Source: Gordius albopunctatus (lineage: Eukaryota). From it: 64,000 nucleotides of DNA. Location of the stretch: contig OZ193909.1 of NCBI GenBank assembly GCA_964276515.1, positions 2,728,001 through 2,792,000 of the forward strand, in the 5' to 3' direction. The translations under genes and the position numbers were made by a program. This document shows positions 26,474 to 39,518 of this stretch, one piece after another (the first letter of the stretch is position 1; each line of letters opens with the position of its first letter). The notes beneath the pieces were generated by a model. That model was not told where the DNA came from, searched no databases, and saw only the letters and a list, made by a program, of their open reading frames with translations.

Positions 26474-26892
26474 TCTGTTTTATATCTCTAATAAGCGTCT
26501 CCCAATCATCATTTCGTTCCGTTCTAACTCCTTGACAGCCAATAGCATGGAAGCCTACTAATGATATTTTTCGCTTGTTTTATTATCTTTTATACTTCTC
26601 TAAAATACTCTTCTTTCAAGTTCCATAATAAGTGAACGATGTTGCCTGTCGATTTTTTATCTTTATATTATTTTGCAATCCATAATCCATTTTAAATTTT
26701 ATCGTCGTATAGGCAAAAAGTCGATTTCACAGAAATGCGTTCCACTCACATAAGCCATATAATATTTGCATTATGAAAATAGGTGTTAAGTTAACTAATG
26801 CGTGCTATACTTGTAGAGTTTTATTCTCTTGTTTTTTGCGCCATGCCCCCCCCATAACTTTTTCTTCCTTCCAAGATTTCTTGTATCTCCTT

Positions 26893-27296
26893 CAGAGGTC
26901 AGATTTGTTAGAATTTTTCTGCCCGAACCCGGCCCGATTTTATAATTAATCTGCCCGCCCGAACCCTTCTATGTGTCCGCCTGGCGCCCGAATTATCATA
27001 GCTGCCCGAACAGCCCCGCCCGAAATGGTTTTTTTTACATTTTTAGCACTAATATCGTTATATTTTTTAAAAATTTTATCTTATTTTTTGATTTTTTTTT
27101 AAATGAGAACTAGGATTAACAAAGTGCAAAATATACACAAAAACAATATAATACATTATTTTAAAAACAAAATTGAGCCCGAATCGCCCGAATCTTGTTA
27201 TGGTGCCCGCCCGGGCCCGCCCGAAAGTCCGGTACGGCCCGTGGGCCGGGCGGGCAGGTTTGGGCAGCGGGCCGGGCCTGGCAAATCTAGTCTCTG
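26893..27296. mobile_element. hAT MITE with GCCCGA subterminal repeats
   Basis: TIR CAGAGGTCAGATTTG / CAAATCTAGTCTCTG; perfect 8-bp TSD ATCTCCTT (26885-26892, 27297-27304). Confidence 0.9.
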
Positions 27297-29274
27297 ATCT
27301 CCTTATCCAATGAATTGAGAAATATCTTTTTTGGTCTCTCCATATAATTTGTGGATCATAATTAAAAACGGTTAAAAGACCTCCTTGATCTGCAATTTAT
27401 AATCACATCGACCTATTGGAACATTGGCTCCCACCACCTTGTCATTGAACGAATCGCTTACCCACGCTCTGCCATTTGCTTTTCAAGTTTAGAATAAGGT
27501 AATCCTCTCCTTTCAGATTTTTCCTCAGTTCCACATTTTCTCTTGTAGGCAGGTAATATGTATCTTTTTCTTCTTTTACAATTTGTGCTCTCTTCGACAT
27601 GTCCACATTCTAGCATGCCCTTCTCATCCTATCTAAAACTATTTTTTTACCGCTGAAGTTGTGAGTCCGCTATAATAAAAAATAATCTACTCTTTTTTTA
27701 TTAACCAAAAACTCTACTATAAATCTAGTTTTTGCAATGCACGATGGTTAATAACGCATAAGCAGACCTTTGGAGTCCATACTGTAGAAGTAAACTTGCC
27801 TTAAATTTGGATTTAGGAAAATGTATGTATGGTCATATTTTAATCATAGTTAAAGTCCACGGTACTATTAAGAGATAGACGGAACTCGATGAATAAATAG
27901 GTAAACGGCTAAATTTAAAAAATATAAAGAATTATTTTTTATTATTAATATCACTCATAATTCAGGCTCATTGTGGAGATGAGGGAAATAATCAAATATG
28001 ACATAAGCTATTTAGTTAAATAGATTTATTTGAATTTAAAGGCATTATCAACAAGTGAAAAACTATTATCAAACTTAAGAAATAAATAATGCTTTATAAT
28101 ATAAAAAGCTTGGTATTCCATGATACCTTAACTACACATTGGGATGAATTTGCAAGAAATTTCTTAAAGTGATCTGAGTCTCTATTAAAGAGTCGAAGGA
28201 TTATTTCCAACTTTTAAAAAGAGCTTAATTAAGGTGATTGAAAGAGTTAGAGTATTGGTATTATCCACATATAAAATGTTCGCAAAATTTGTAGCAGATT
28301 TTTATATTGGATTTATTGATGACTTTTGAAATTTTCTCAAGGAAGCGGCTTGAAGTGACATCACCCAAGTATAAACCATTTATCGTTATGTAGTAGTTAG
28401 AATATATTAGTAGGTTTGGTCATTTACAAAACTGAGAAGGACCTTAGGGACCACCTGTTGAATCAGCACGTTCAATACTATCATTAGATTTGAGAATCAA
28501 TAGCCAAATTGGATTTATGCATTAAATAGAAATCAACTAATAATCCTTTGTTTAAATTATAACTGAAATCATATTATAAATTAACCCAAAATCAAAACAA
28601 TGAGATTTGTATAAAAGCTTAAAATTATGATTTACGTATATTTTTAGCTTCTAATAACTATTATATTTAAATATCTATATATTAGGCATAATCGAATGCT
28701 TAAAAATATTTTTAAATGTAAATTAGCAAATAATTCGATGATTGGGGTAGCTAGTATGGAATTGAGTGGGAAACAATAATGCTTTACGGTGGAGAAAAAT
28801 GAAAATTTTAAAAATTTTATCCATAATTATTAAATAAAATTGTATAGAATTTTTTAAATTTAGAGGGGTGTAGCCGCCCTTCCCTGCCATTACCTCATTA
28901 AGACTTTGTGTTCAACATACTCATCTTTAATTAAATATGAGTCTTGAGTCTTGCATCCGTGGTTACAAGAGCTCAGCTCTTGCACATACCTAGCATATAT
29001 GCATACCTGTTATCTTTTATATTAACGTGTTTTGCAGGCGGACTTAGCTTAAATAATCGATTGTCGTCTATTTCTAATAAAACTTCTATCTTATCCTACA
29101 CAGAGCACGTTTATCGATTAACTTTGTTCCAACGAACGAACCCTTTGTAGCAACGGATCAATTTCAAGTAATTTAAAACTAAAACCAAGGAATACGCTTA
29201 AACACAACAATGTTTTAATAAAATTATGCTCAGGTCTCGATTTCAATAGTTATCTTTATTTAATTTGTTTTAAG

Positions 29275-31670
29275 ATGATTATAGCTGGTCATCAAGGTTC
29301 AAGGGGTGGCTATGCACGGCTAAATCGCAATCCCAAACAATCTAAGTTGCTCCATAAAAACTTTTCAAAGGTAGGATGGATGTTTAAGCCGCATAAAATA
29401 CGAACAATTAACCCCAAACGCAAGACAAGTCTCATTAAAAGAAAGGATTCAGAATCGCGAGAACCATATGATCTTTATGACGATATTTTTGTCGGACTTC
29501 CACGACTGAGGTTTATACATTTGAATAAATTTTTAATAGAAAAAAATAGCCGTAGCGTAATAACATTTATTTTCGCAGCATTATTGTGTTGGTTAAAATA
29601 AATTATTGACATGGGCGTCGCCAGGATTGGATTTAAAGGTGGGCAATAATGATTTAGGGAGGGGCATGGTGATTATTTTTTAAATTTTAGCTATAATTAT
29701 ATTAAATTTTAAAGGATTTTAGAATTTAAGGGGGGGGGCAGTCGCCCCTCACTGCCACCCCCTGGCTACGTCAATGGTAATTCATATGCTATATATTGTT
29801 TCTTTTAATTATATAACAAGCAATTATGACAAGGTTGAAAAGGAAGATTCAGACAAAAGTAATATATATCAAGTAGCTATTATAATTTCCTAGTATTTAT
29901 GGACAGAAATTCAGCTCAATTACCGCCATCTTCTTTATTACGGAGCATTTCACCCGTCAAATCATCATCATTTTCTGACCTATCAGAATTGAACGGTAAC
30001 AGATCCTTTACTATTATTAAAAAAGGTTTTTAACCCAAGGGCGGAGCAACTTTGAAAATTTTCTCAAAAACTACTGAAGATAAAAATATTTTTAAATTAA
30101 ATTTGAAATATAGGATTGGGATTAATCAGCTGATACAATTTCATTATTTCCTGATCGTAAAAATCGCAATTTTGACCCCCCCCCTTCTTTTACATTACTT
30201 ATGTATACTCAACAATAAGTTTTTGCATAATTTACATAATCTGTATAATTTTTCCAACCAATTTATAGTAATTTAGAATTGTACGTCAAAGCCTTTACAG
30301 TTTGTCTGAACGTCACTTATAGGTTACACTGAGCCCAGCTTTAGCTTAAAATTTTTATTAATTTTAAAGCTTTATTATTACAAAAGTTAATATTATATAG
30401 GGTGGAGTAGAAAAGTCAGGAATAATTTTTTAAGCCTTTGTTGAGCTATTATAAAGCCTTATTATCTTCGATTCTTTTTGATTTTTTAGTGAGAAAGATT
30501 GCTGGCACTTTAAATTTATAGATGAAACTAGACCTCTTATCATACCAATATATCTAGGATTTAATAGGGCGGGTTCAATGAATAGATTTAATGCAGCTCG
30601 AGATAGAGGCTTTACATTTCTATAACTCATTCTGATTTTATGATTATTTTTTAAAATTTGCCCCATAATTTTACACAATGGCCCACACTCTAAGCTCGAT
30701 TAAAATGACGGACTTTAGCCACTTGGCAAAACATCCCATCCAAAATGAATCATAATCTTAGATTTATTAAGGTCAGAGACGCGATAGAAGTCATCAACGA
30801 AAAAAGTGCACGCAACAGTGCTCATTCATTGTAGATCATTGTTCCAATATATTTATTTAACTTCTTTCACTTATCTTAGTCATTTTAATGAAACTTTAAA
30901 AAATATTTTTTTTATGTCTCCCAGTGTAACCTGTAGGTAAAACCTCTCTATTTCCGGAATTAGGCATTTAAAATTAAAATTGTTTGGTTACCTAGAGCCT
31001 ATTAAATTGGCCTAAATATTTTTTTATAGAAATTGGTTTGGCCGAATCCTTAGTACAACCTGTCGGGTTAAAGGCATTTTTTTGATTTATATTTTTCGTA
31101 TACAGATAAATGGTCGACCAAAATCGACAAAATGTCCCCATATACCCAATATCTTGATATTTCAGGTACTTCACTTTTTTAAACAAAAAAAGGCTATAGC
31201 AGCTTGCTCTTACGCAGAAATTTTTTTATAAAATTTCAAACTTACAAATTTCAGTATTTTTCATTTTAGGATTGACAGAGCTTGCTTACGATTCACAAAA
31301 TCAATCCCTCGACGAATCTACAGGGTCAAATTTGAAAAACTGGTATGCCCTGCCACGTTATAAGCATAAACCGGCATTATCAAATATATCCAGGGATTCC
31401 TCTCCAGGATCAAATGCATCACTAAAAGTTAATATTAATGCTAGGAAAAAAAGCTTCAAGAAAAAACAATCCAATGCCACAGGTGTTTTCGGTCACAAAG
31501 GTGCTATAGAAAAACTTAAGTCATATAAAAATAAAAACTTTAACGAGAACAAGGAAAGTACAAACGGTAGTACGACGTATTCTCCTAGCCGTAATGCAAA
31601 TGATGCCAATACTAGTAATAATTTATCGGAACTTGAGTGGGAAACTGAATCACTATCTCTACTTCAATAA
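29275..31670 (+). CDS. Predicted uncharacterised 4-exon protein, ~258 aa, basic and Ser/Asn-rich, no recognised domain
   Basis: Exons 29275-29510, 29821-29858, 29894-29995 and 31270-31670 join in frame through three phase-compatible GT-AG introns. AATAAA at ~31808. Start uncertain. Confidence 0.6.
29610..29776. mobile_element. hAT-type MITE in an intron of the orphan gene
   Basis: CATGGGCGTCGCCAGG ... CCTGGCTACGTCAATG; same family as 26311. Confidence 0.85.
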
Positions 31671-33357
31671 CACGTATCAAAACGTAAATTAGGATTAAAT
31701 ATCCTTCTTATAAGAGCGATAGGCGGTGCTTTAAAATATGAATTTGAAGACTTATTGTGATTTCAATGCATTTATTTATCTATATTAATTGCTATGTATA
31801 TGGTGAAATAAAGTTTTTCTTAGGTGAATGTCGTTGATGCTTTGGCTAAAAGATTTACCAGTATTTGATCTATTTTAACTAGCTTGGTAAGACGTTTTAA
31901 ATGAGAATCCATAATAGTTTTTTAATAAACCGAGCTTGTAGTTGTGTACTGTTGTGATCTAAGAAAATATACCTTTGGTAGCCAAATACAATTTTGTTTG
32001 TTACTGGTAGGGTAACCCTATCGACAAGGCTCTTGGTGAAGGTCAGACTTTCTGTGCTTTTGAAGGAGTTCTAGTAAAATGGAAGTGCTAGATTTACATA
32101 TCAATATGAGTCGGTTTAAACAAAAGTTTAATTCACCAAGATGCCCCGGCATCCTTAAAAATAGTAGGTAGTCAAGAGTCCAAATCTAACATAGTTCCGT
32201 CACGCCTGGAAAACCGGGATATCAATACTCTCTCATTCCATATAAACCAAAATGTATACTACAACAAAGAAGCAGCATGAAAACCAAGTTAGGGCTTTCT
32301 CCTTAAGCGACGTCCGCATTCTTCGCCTGGAATATGTGGAAAATAAACTCCACAAACGGAAGCGGTTAAAGACATTAGTTTGCGTAGGAACAAGTTTGGG
32401 ATATAAATTATCTGGCAATGACAAGCAACAGCAGAGAATTGGCTGACGTTCTAAGGAGGAGAAAAATCGATATTGCTTGTATACGAGAAACCAAATTGAA
32501 GGGCCAAACGCTTCGGAATGGCGTCGTCATAGTGTTATCAAAATAATTTCAATATCCCGTCATTGACGGTAAAAATGGCAAAATTATAGCGATAGGGCTT
32601 AATTTCAGATCTATTACGATAAACGTTATATCAGCATACGCTCCTCAAAGTGGTTGCTCAGAGGTGGAGAAAGAATGTTTTTGCATAGAGCCTGAATATA
32701 TGCCAATTTGGTAAAGATGGGAAATCAGGAGAAGGGTGCGAAATAAATCACGGATCTACGAAATTAAAGTACGGAAATTCTAAAAATTGCTCACGCTTTT
32801 GTCAGCTACAGGAAATAGCATCCTCAAAAAGAAGCAGGACCACCTTATAACCTACAAAAGCGGCAGCCGTAGCACTCAGATAGAAATCTTTCTTGTCAAC
32901 AGAGCGCACCTAAAGAATGTTTAATATATATTATGAGACAAATTCTAAAAAATATCATAAAATCAGAATGAGTTATAAAAATGTAAACCTCTATCTTGAG
33001 CCACATTAAATCTATTCACTGAACCCCCTTTTATCCTACACAAGCTGTGGGTGATGGATTATATATTAAAGGGCCTTAATGGGCAAAAGATACAAACAGT
33101 AGCGGCTAAAATAAAATGGAGAAGACAAATATTCAACAATTTTGGTAAGAAGTTATGAGAAATTCTGGATTTAAGGAAAATACATCTTGTGAGAATTAGA
33201 GGAACTATATAGTCTGCACAATGCGGAAAATAAACGAATGAGGTGAAAGCAAGCCCCCACTAAGAGAATGCTAAAGGAGTCGTGGTGGTGGAATGAAGAA
33301 GTACAAAAATGTATCAAAGAAAAAAAGAGATTGTACAAAGTTACATATAAAAGCAAG

Positions 33358-33543
33358 TATGGGCCTAGCCAAGGGGCATGGGCCAGGGGGGATGGGCCAG
33401 GGAAGAGTGGCTGCCCCCCTCTAAATCCAAAAATTTGTTCAAACTTATTAAAGTTACGGCTAAAATTTTAAAAAATGTTCATCTTGCCCCTCCCTAAATT
33501 ATTATTGCCCCCCCCTTTAATTCCAATGCTGGCTACGCCCATG
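33358..33543. mobile_element. hAT-type MITE inserted in the RTE
   Basis: ATGGGCCTAGCCA ... TGGCTACGCCCATG. Confidence 0.85.
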
Positions 33544-33728
33544 AACGTAAGAATAGTAATGATATACAAGCTTACCAAATAGATAAAAGATCGGCTAAAA
33601 GATTCGTAGCGAAAGCTAAAAACAAGGTGTACGACGATATAAATGTAAAACTCAACTCAAAGGAAGGAGAAAAATTGATCTACAAAATCGCAAAGTCGGG
33701 GGCCCGAAATTCTAAAGATTACCTAGAC

Positions 33729-34108
33729 AATTATGATCCAATGGCCATCGCCGAGGGACGCAAATTAAAAAAATACAAGGCCATTTTAAACTCAAGTATT
33801 TTTATCCCCATAGTTTCATCCTGTTCCGGCTCTTATGGGAAAATGGCATTAGCCTTTTTTAAAGAAATAGGCAGACGATCTCCTCCTTCTAAATATTCTC
33901 CCGCATTTCTACTAAAACAATCAATCGCGATTTTAATCGTAAAATTCAACTTATCCTTTTTGGATTCTTGTACTTCGTTGAAAGAGGAATATGAAGATAT
34001 ATTATCTATTTAACGCTCTTATTTAATTTTTTTAATATACTAAATTTGTATCACATTTTACCGTATTATAATTAGCCATATATTAATAAACTTTTTATGG
34101 AAAAAAAA
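33729..34108 (+). mobile_element. Short 3' fragment of the CRE-like element inserted into the RTE ORF
   Basis: NYDPMAIAEGRKLKKY..FIPIVSSCSGSYG..FFKEIGRR matches the C-terminus of 58548-60023. 3' UTR and A8 tail follow; RTE coding resumes at 34109. Confidence 0.9.
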
Positions 34109-36224
34109 TCAAGGGTCAAAAGGGAGAATTACTAACACACGACAGCCATATACTACAAAGACTATAGCGATTTATCAATTAAAAAGGGGCCTGTAGTCGA
34201 AGACACTAACCAGGAAAACACAATAGGAGAATTAAACACAGCGGACTGGATCACGGAAACGGAAGTCAAAGTTGCTATGGGTAAACTAAAGTCAGGAAAA
34301 GCTCTTGGACCCGACAATATACCAATAGAGGGCTTCAAAGCGTTAGTCAATACTGGTGCACGATTCCTCGCCAACCTTTTCAACAATATCTTGAAAACGG
34401 GTAAAATGCCTAACGAGTGGATGGATAGGTACATGATCCCGATATACAAGATGAAAGGGGACATTCAGGATTGCAACAATTACAGAGGGATAAAGCTTAT
34501 GAGTCACACTTTCAAGGTGTGGGAAAAAGTGATCGAAAAACGGCTTCGGAGTTTGGTTCAAATTCGAGATAACCAATTAGGATTTATGCTGGAGAGGTCC
34601 ACAGCAGATGCCCTAACCAGTGTTAGAAGATTAATGGAACGGTTTAAAGAACGGGAAGAGGATTTGCACATGTGTTTCATCGATCTAGAAAAAGCGTTCG
34701 ATAAAGTTCCTCGTAATTTAGTTTGGAAATGTCTTGAAGAAAACAATGTGCCAGAAGTATACGTCAGAGCAATAAAAGATATGTACAAGGGAAATAGAAC
34801 ATACTTTAGAACATCGGTGGGGACTACAAAGGGCTTTGCCATTAACAATAGAGTCCATCAAGGTTCAGCTCTTAGTCCTTTCCTATTCATAATGATAATG
34901 GATAATATTACCAAGGACTTGGGAGAGAAAGCTCCTTGGGCAATGATCTTTGCAGACGACATAATCCTCTGTGCCAAAAGTGAACAAGAATTGTCTAATA
35001 CTGTAAATAGATGGGTAAATGCAATAGAAGAAAGTGGTCTCAAGGTAAATCGAAAGAAAACAGAATACACGAAGTCAAAGTTTAAATCGGATGAAAACCA
35101 TCAAAGTGCATCCCTTACTTTAGGCGATTGGCAACCTACAAGCGTGGATTCCTTCAAATATTTAGTATCCACACTTCAATCGGATGGTGGAATGGATAAA
35201 GAAATCCAAGCAAGGATAAATTCAGGATGGCTCAAGTGGAGGAACTTGACAGGTGTTCTGTGTGACAAAAACCTCCCGAGAAGACTAAAAAGCGCACTGT
35301 ATAAATCCATTATACAGCCAACAATCCTGTTTAGCTCGGAATCATGGGCTATAGATAAAAGAGAAGAGCAACGTCTTGCGGCCATGGAGATGAGAATGCT
35401 AAGATAGATGAGTGCTAGGAGTAAGCAAAAAGGACCAAAGGCGAAATGAAGAAATAAGAAGAATTTTGGGTACTACATCAATTGCGACAAAGCTCCTAAC
35501 AAATAGACTAAGATTGTAGGTCCATGTCGAAAGAAGGGACGATAGCTACGTAGGAAAGAAAATCGAGTTGATAAATTAGCTTACCTGGCTTCATAAAATA
35601 CGGCATGACATGAAAGTCCACAAGATAAAGAAAGATCTATGTAAACATAGAAACAAATGGAAACGAATGCTGAAAGGACTGACCACCAGCCTAGGTGACA
35701 AGCAGTCATAGAAAGAAGAAAGTTAAAATCTAATCCAAGGGGTTTTAGGAAATAATTCGTGAATTAAAATAAGTTTTTTTTGAATCCTATCCAAAATTTT
35801 TAATAAATTTCATAGTTTATTATATATTTGAAAATCTAATTTAAGGAAATATTCATATATAACAAAAGCATCAACTATACAATGTTTAAGATCTTTATTA
35901 CAAACAATATACAATTATAATTTATAATAAAAATCATGTGAAAGTAGATGTGAATTGGACTTATTGTTTTCAAAATTATCATTTAATACCCGAATCACTA
36001 TTGATATCCATCTTTTCTAATTTCAGGCTTTTATAAATCACATTAATTAGGTAAATCTTACTAAGTGCTGACAATAAAACAAGCAAGAATTTTTTTGTGT
36101 TTTTAAAATCAAAAATGCGCGGTTACTGTATGTCTGTATGATTACCGCGAAGACAATGCACGTCAAATTGTTGATGCATATACAAACAATAAACTCGGCT
36201 TATAAATTTATTTTAAATAATATA

Positions 36225-36396
36225 TTTGTGATGAACTAGTTCAATTATATTGTATAGTTAAAGTTCAGAATTTTTAAAAAATAACTAGTTCAGGTTCAAT
36301 CTTAAAGAAAAACGAACTAGTTTAAGTTCACAGTTCAAGATGGTAACTAGTTCAGTTCTAATTTCAGAAAAGGTCAACTAGTTCTTAACAGCTCTA
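36225..36396. repeat. AACTAGTTCA repeat cluster ending in AACAGCTCTA (probable hAT-type terminal fragment)
   Basis: Five AACTAGTT repeats; terminus resembles the TAGAG.. hAT ends seen elsewhere. Confidence 0.5.
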
Positions 36397-37113
36397 CTCC
36401 CTGGGCAATGATATTTGCAGACTCTCAGAGTAAATCTAAATAAAACAGAATATATGAAGACTAAGTTTAAATCATATGAAAATTAGAAATATCCATCTCT
36501 TAGAATGGGAACTTACCGGAGTGAATTCCTTTAAATATCTAGGATCAACACTTCAAGCGGATGGTGGAATGAATAAAGAAATCCAAGCAAGTATAAATTC
36601 CGGGTGGCTCAAATGGAGGGATTTAACAGGTTCTGTGTGATAAAACACCCCATGAATGCTTAAAGGTATACTATATAGGTCCATCATACATACAACAGTC
36701 CTGTATAGCTCGGACGGGCTATATGTAAGAATGAATAACAACGCCTATCGGCCATGGAGATGAGAATGCTAAGATGGATGTTAGAAATAAGCAAAAAGGA
36801 ACATAAACGAAATTAAGAAATGAGGAGAAATCTGGGTACAATATCTATGAAGACAAACCTCGTAACAAACAGACTAAGATGGTATGACAATGTTAAGAGA
36901 AGAGACGATGAATACGTTAAAGAGAAAATTAAGAAGATAAATTTCGCAAAAAAAAGTAAAAAAGGAAAACCCAAGCTTACGTGGAATCATAAAATAAGGC
37001 ACGATATGAAAATGAACAAGATAAATCTGGATTTATGTATAAATATAGACAAGTGGAATTAATGTTGAAAGAATTTACCACCAGCCAATGTGAACAAGAA
37101 TCATAGAAAAAAG
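36397..37113 (+). pseudogene. 5'-truncated RTE family B 3' fragment
   Basis: Collinear with ~34930-35720 (with an internal deletion), including the 3' end. Confidence 0.88.
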
Positions 37114-37119
37114 ATAGTT

Positions 37120-38832
37120 TTTCTTTGGGCTCTCAGGTATCTAAAGATTAGTTGAAAAATATCGCAGGAATGAGACTTAACATTAAATACTTGGTACCTG
37201 GACGATGCCACCCTTGTGGTCATCCTCGCGGTTTTTAAAGCTATAAAAGATTACGAACCAACTTTAAAATTAAAACTCAACGAGACCAAATGTGAAATCT
37301 TTCAGCCCACTGACTACTCTTTACATCCCAATATTACCCCTTTTTTGGCAATCAAGAAAGACGCTATTATATGCCATTTCGGATCGCCTATTGGCGGTAG
37401 AGTTGGACTCGCAACTTATTTGGAGAAAAATCTCTCTATTTTAAACTCAAAATTAGATCTCTTAAAGTGTCTGCCTTCACGTCACGCTTTTTATATAATG
37501 AAAAACTATTTTCGAGGGCTTTTTTACATTCAGAAATTTTAAACCTCTTTGAACCGAATATTAAATAAATTGCTATGCAATTAATGGGCTCGCTTTTTGT
37601 TGTCCGTCCGTCTGCGCTTCCAACGTTCTGACTTGCTGGTTCGATACCCGGAGCAAAAAATTTTTAAATTAAATTAATATTTTGTTCTTGTTAATACCAT
37701 TGATAATATGACTTTTTGTCTATTTTACAATCTATTTTAAATATGAAATTTAATCATAGTTGGTTACGAGGCTCCCTACCAACTAAATTGGGTGGTTTAG
37801 GGATTCGCTCACCTGCCTCACTATATCTAGTATCCTTTATTTCATCTTATAAATCCGTACAAGATACCATTTTTAAGTTGTATCAGGTTATAGAAGACCC
37901 GCTTTTACCCATTGCTTTAGCTATTTGGGAAAACAATACCAATCCCGGAACACCTTTGCCACAAACCTCACGACAAAAAGGTTAAGATGCCTGACTTGTG
38001 TTGCGCTCCGTTGATTATCTAATTTCGAGTAGCGATGCAAGTCAGTGTTCTAATTTACGGTCGTTTTTGTTTGATGGCTCAGGTCACGATAGAGGTCTAC
38101 CCAAGCTGTCTCACTGGGATGATGCTGTAGGACTCGGAACTTTCGAACTCCATAGCTCTCAGGTTAAGGGTAAAATGTTTGAAGGCATTTATTTGCCGAA
38201 ATTGCAGCATACTCGTAGACGAACAAGCCAGGCATCCCTTGCACTGCCTGGCAAACAAATTCAAATATGGTAGACATAATAAGGCCAATGCCTTAATTCA
38301 AAGTGCACTGAAGAGAGCAAAGATCCCATCCATCTTGGAGCCATCGGGCCCTCCTTGGACGGACGTATGCGTCCTGATGGATATTCTTTAGTCCCATGGA
38401 GCAATGGCCTTCATCTTAAATGGGACTTCACGTGTATTGACCTATTTGTCCCCTCTAACTACCAGACGGGCAGAAAACAAATAAATACAAAGTTCTATTA
38501 TCCTCAAACATTTTCATTCCATTGGTTGCTTCGTGTTCAGGCACCTTTGGCAAACAGACCTTAGCTTTTTTTAAAGAGGTAGGAAGACGTTCTCCCCCGT
38601 CTAAATATTCGGTATCATTTTTACTGAAACAAAGACTTGGTATTCTTATAGCCAAGTACAATTTTAAATCGTTGGCGGATTCTTGGCCAATTTTGGAAGA
38701 TCCTCTTGTTGATGCTATATCAGAAAAGTTTATTATTTTATTTGACGCATTTTGTCTTTTATAATTAATGTATTTATATTTTATTACTATCAACAGATTT
38801 TTAAAAAATAAACCTTTTATAATACAAAAAAA
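37120..38832 (+). pseudogene. Decayed CRE-clade element (RT C-half + RLE + 3' UTR + A tail)
   Basis: WYLDDATL, SLPTKLGGLGIR, CRNC..HPLHC, RPDGYSLVPWSNG..WDFTCID; A-tail at ~38826. Confidence 0.9.
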
Positions 38833-39518
38833 ATTATCCACATTTTACTATGCGTTAAGAAATTTCATGGCCTATATCAGACCTTAAATAATTGAACTAG
38901 CTTAAAAATTGCAATGATCGGTGAAATATAGTAAGTTTTAACTCTTAGGTAACACTAGTAATAGATAAATGACATTATGTTAATCCACCAACACTTGTTT
39001 AGGGCTTGTGGACCAATATAAATTAAATGACTTTAACGATCTCTTAACCTTGGAAAAATACTAATTTTACCGAATGTGAGGTTTTGGGCCTCTTATATTT
39101 TTAAACAAAATACGAAAATGTCCCAGTAAATCAACATTGAGAGGGAATTGACATCATTAACTCATTATTTATTTCTAAGTATTAGAGATTTAATAAGATT
39201 ATGAAATAAAAATCTAAAACACTTTCAATCCATTTTTCTATGCCAACTTACATGTGTTTTTATAATGATTTGTAAAAACGCATATGAAAAGTGTAAATAA
39301 ATTTTGCCTATATAATCTAGTCAATTTATAAATATTAGTAAAATGTATATGAAAAAGTGTAAATAAATTACGTATATTATTATAAAGTTCTAATAGCTAC
39401 TATATATTTAATATTATTAATATATGTATATTAATAAATTTTAGATTTAATTTACAATTTTGGTCAAAATGGGATAACAGACAGGAGAGGACGGGCCATA
39501 GGCAAGGGACTTTATTAA

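Larger units (their letters stand above)
25820..27670 (-). pseudogene. Highly decayed, internally deleted RTE LINE (family A-like) hosting two MITEs
   Basis: (TTC)n tail at ~25822; remnants of the RT C-terminus and APE (CLQE) on the minus strand. Confidence 0.7.
31930..35722 (+). mobile_element. RTE LINE (family B), near full length, decayed, with nested insertions
   Basis: Structured 5' leader 31930-32255; APE remnants; RT ORF 34277-35407 (NYRGIKLMSH, FIDLEKAFD, HQGSALSP, FADD); AAG-rich tail at ~35710. Confidence 0.92.

Noticed and set aside
29151..29233. Extra upstream coding exon for the orphan gene
   Set aside because: Splicing via the 41-nt intron gives stops in the frames tested; at most a 5' UTR exon.
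34162..35385. Antisense ORFs over RT regions (also 1413, 5109, 5325, 16716, 53324, 53561, 54795, 58582)
   Set aside because: Shadow ORFs on the opposite strand or alternative frame of TE coding sequence.
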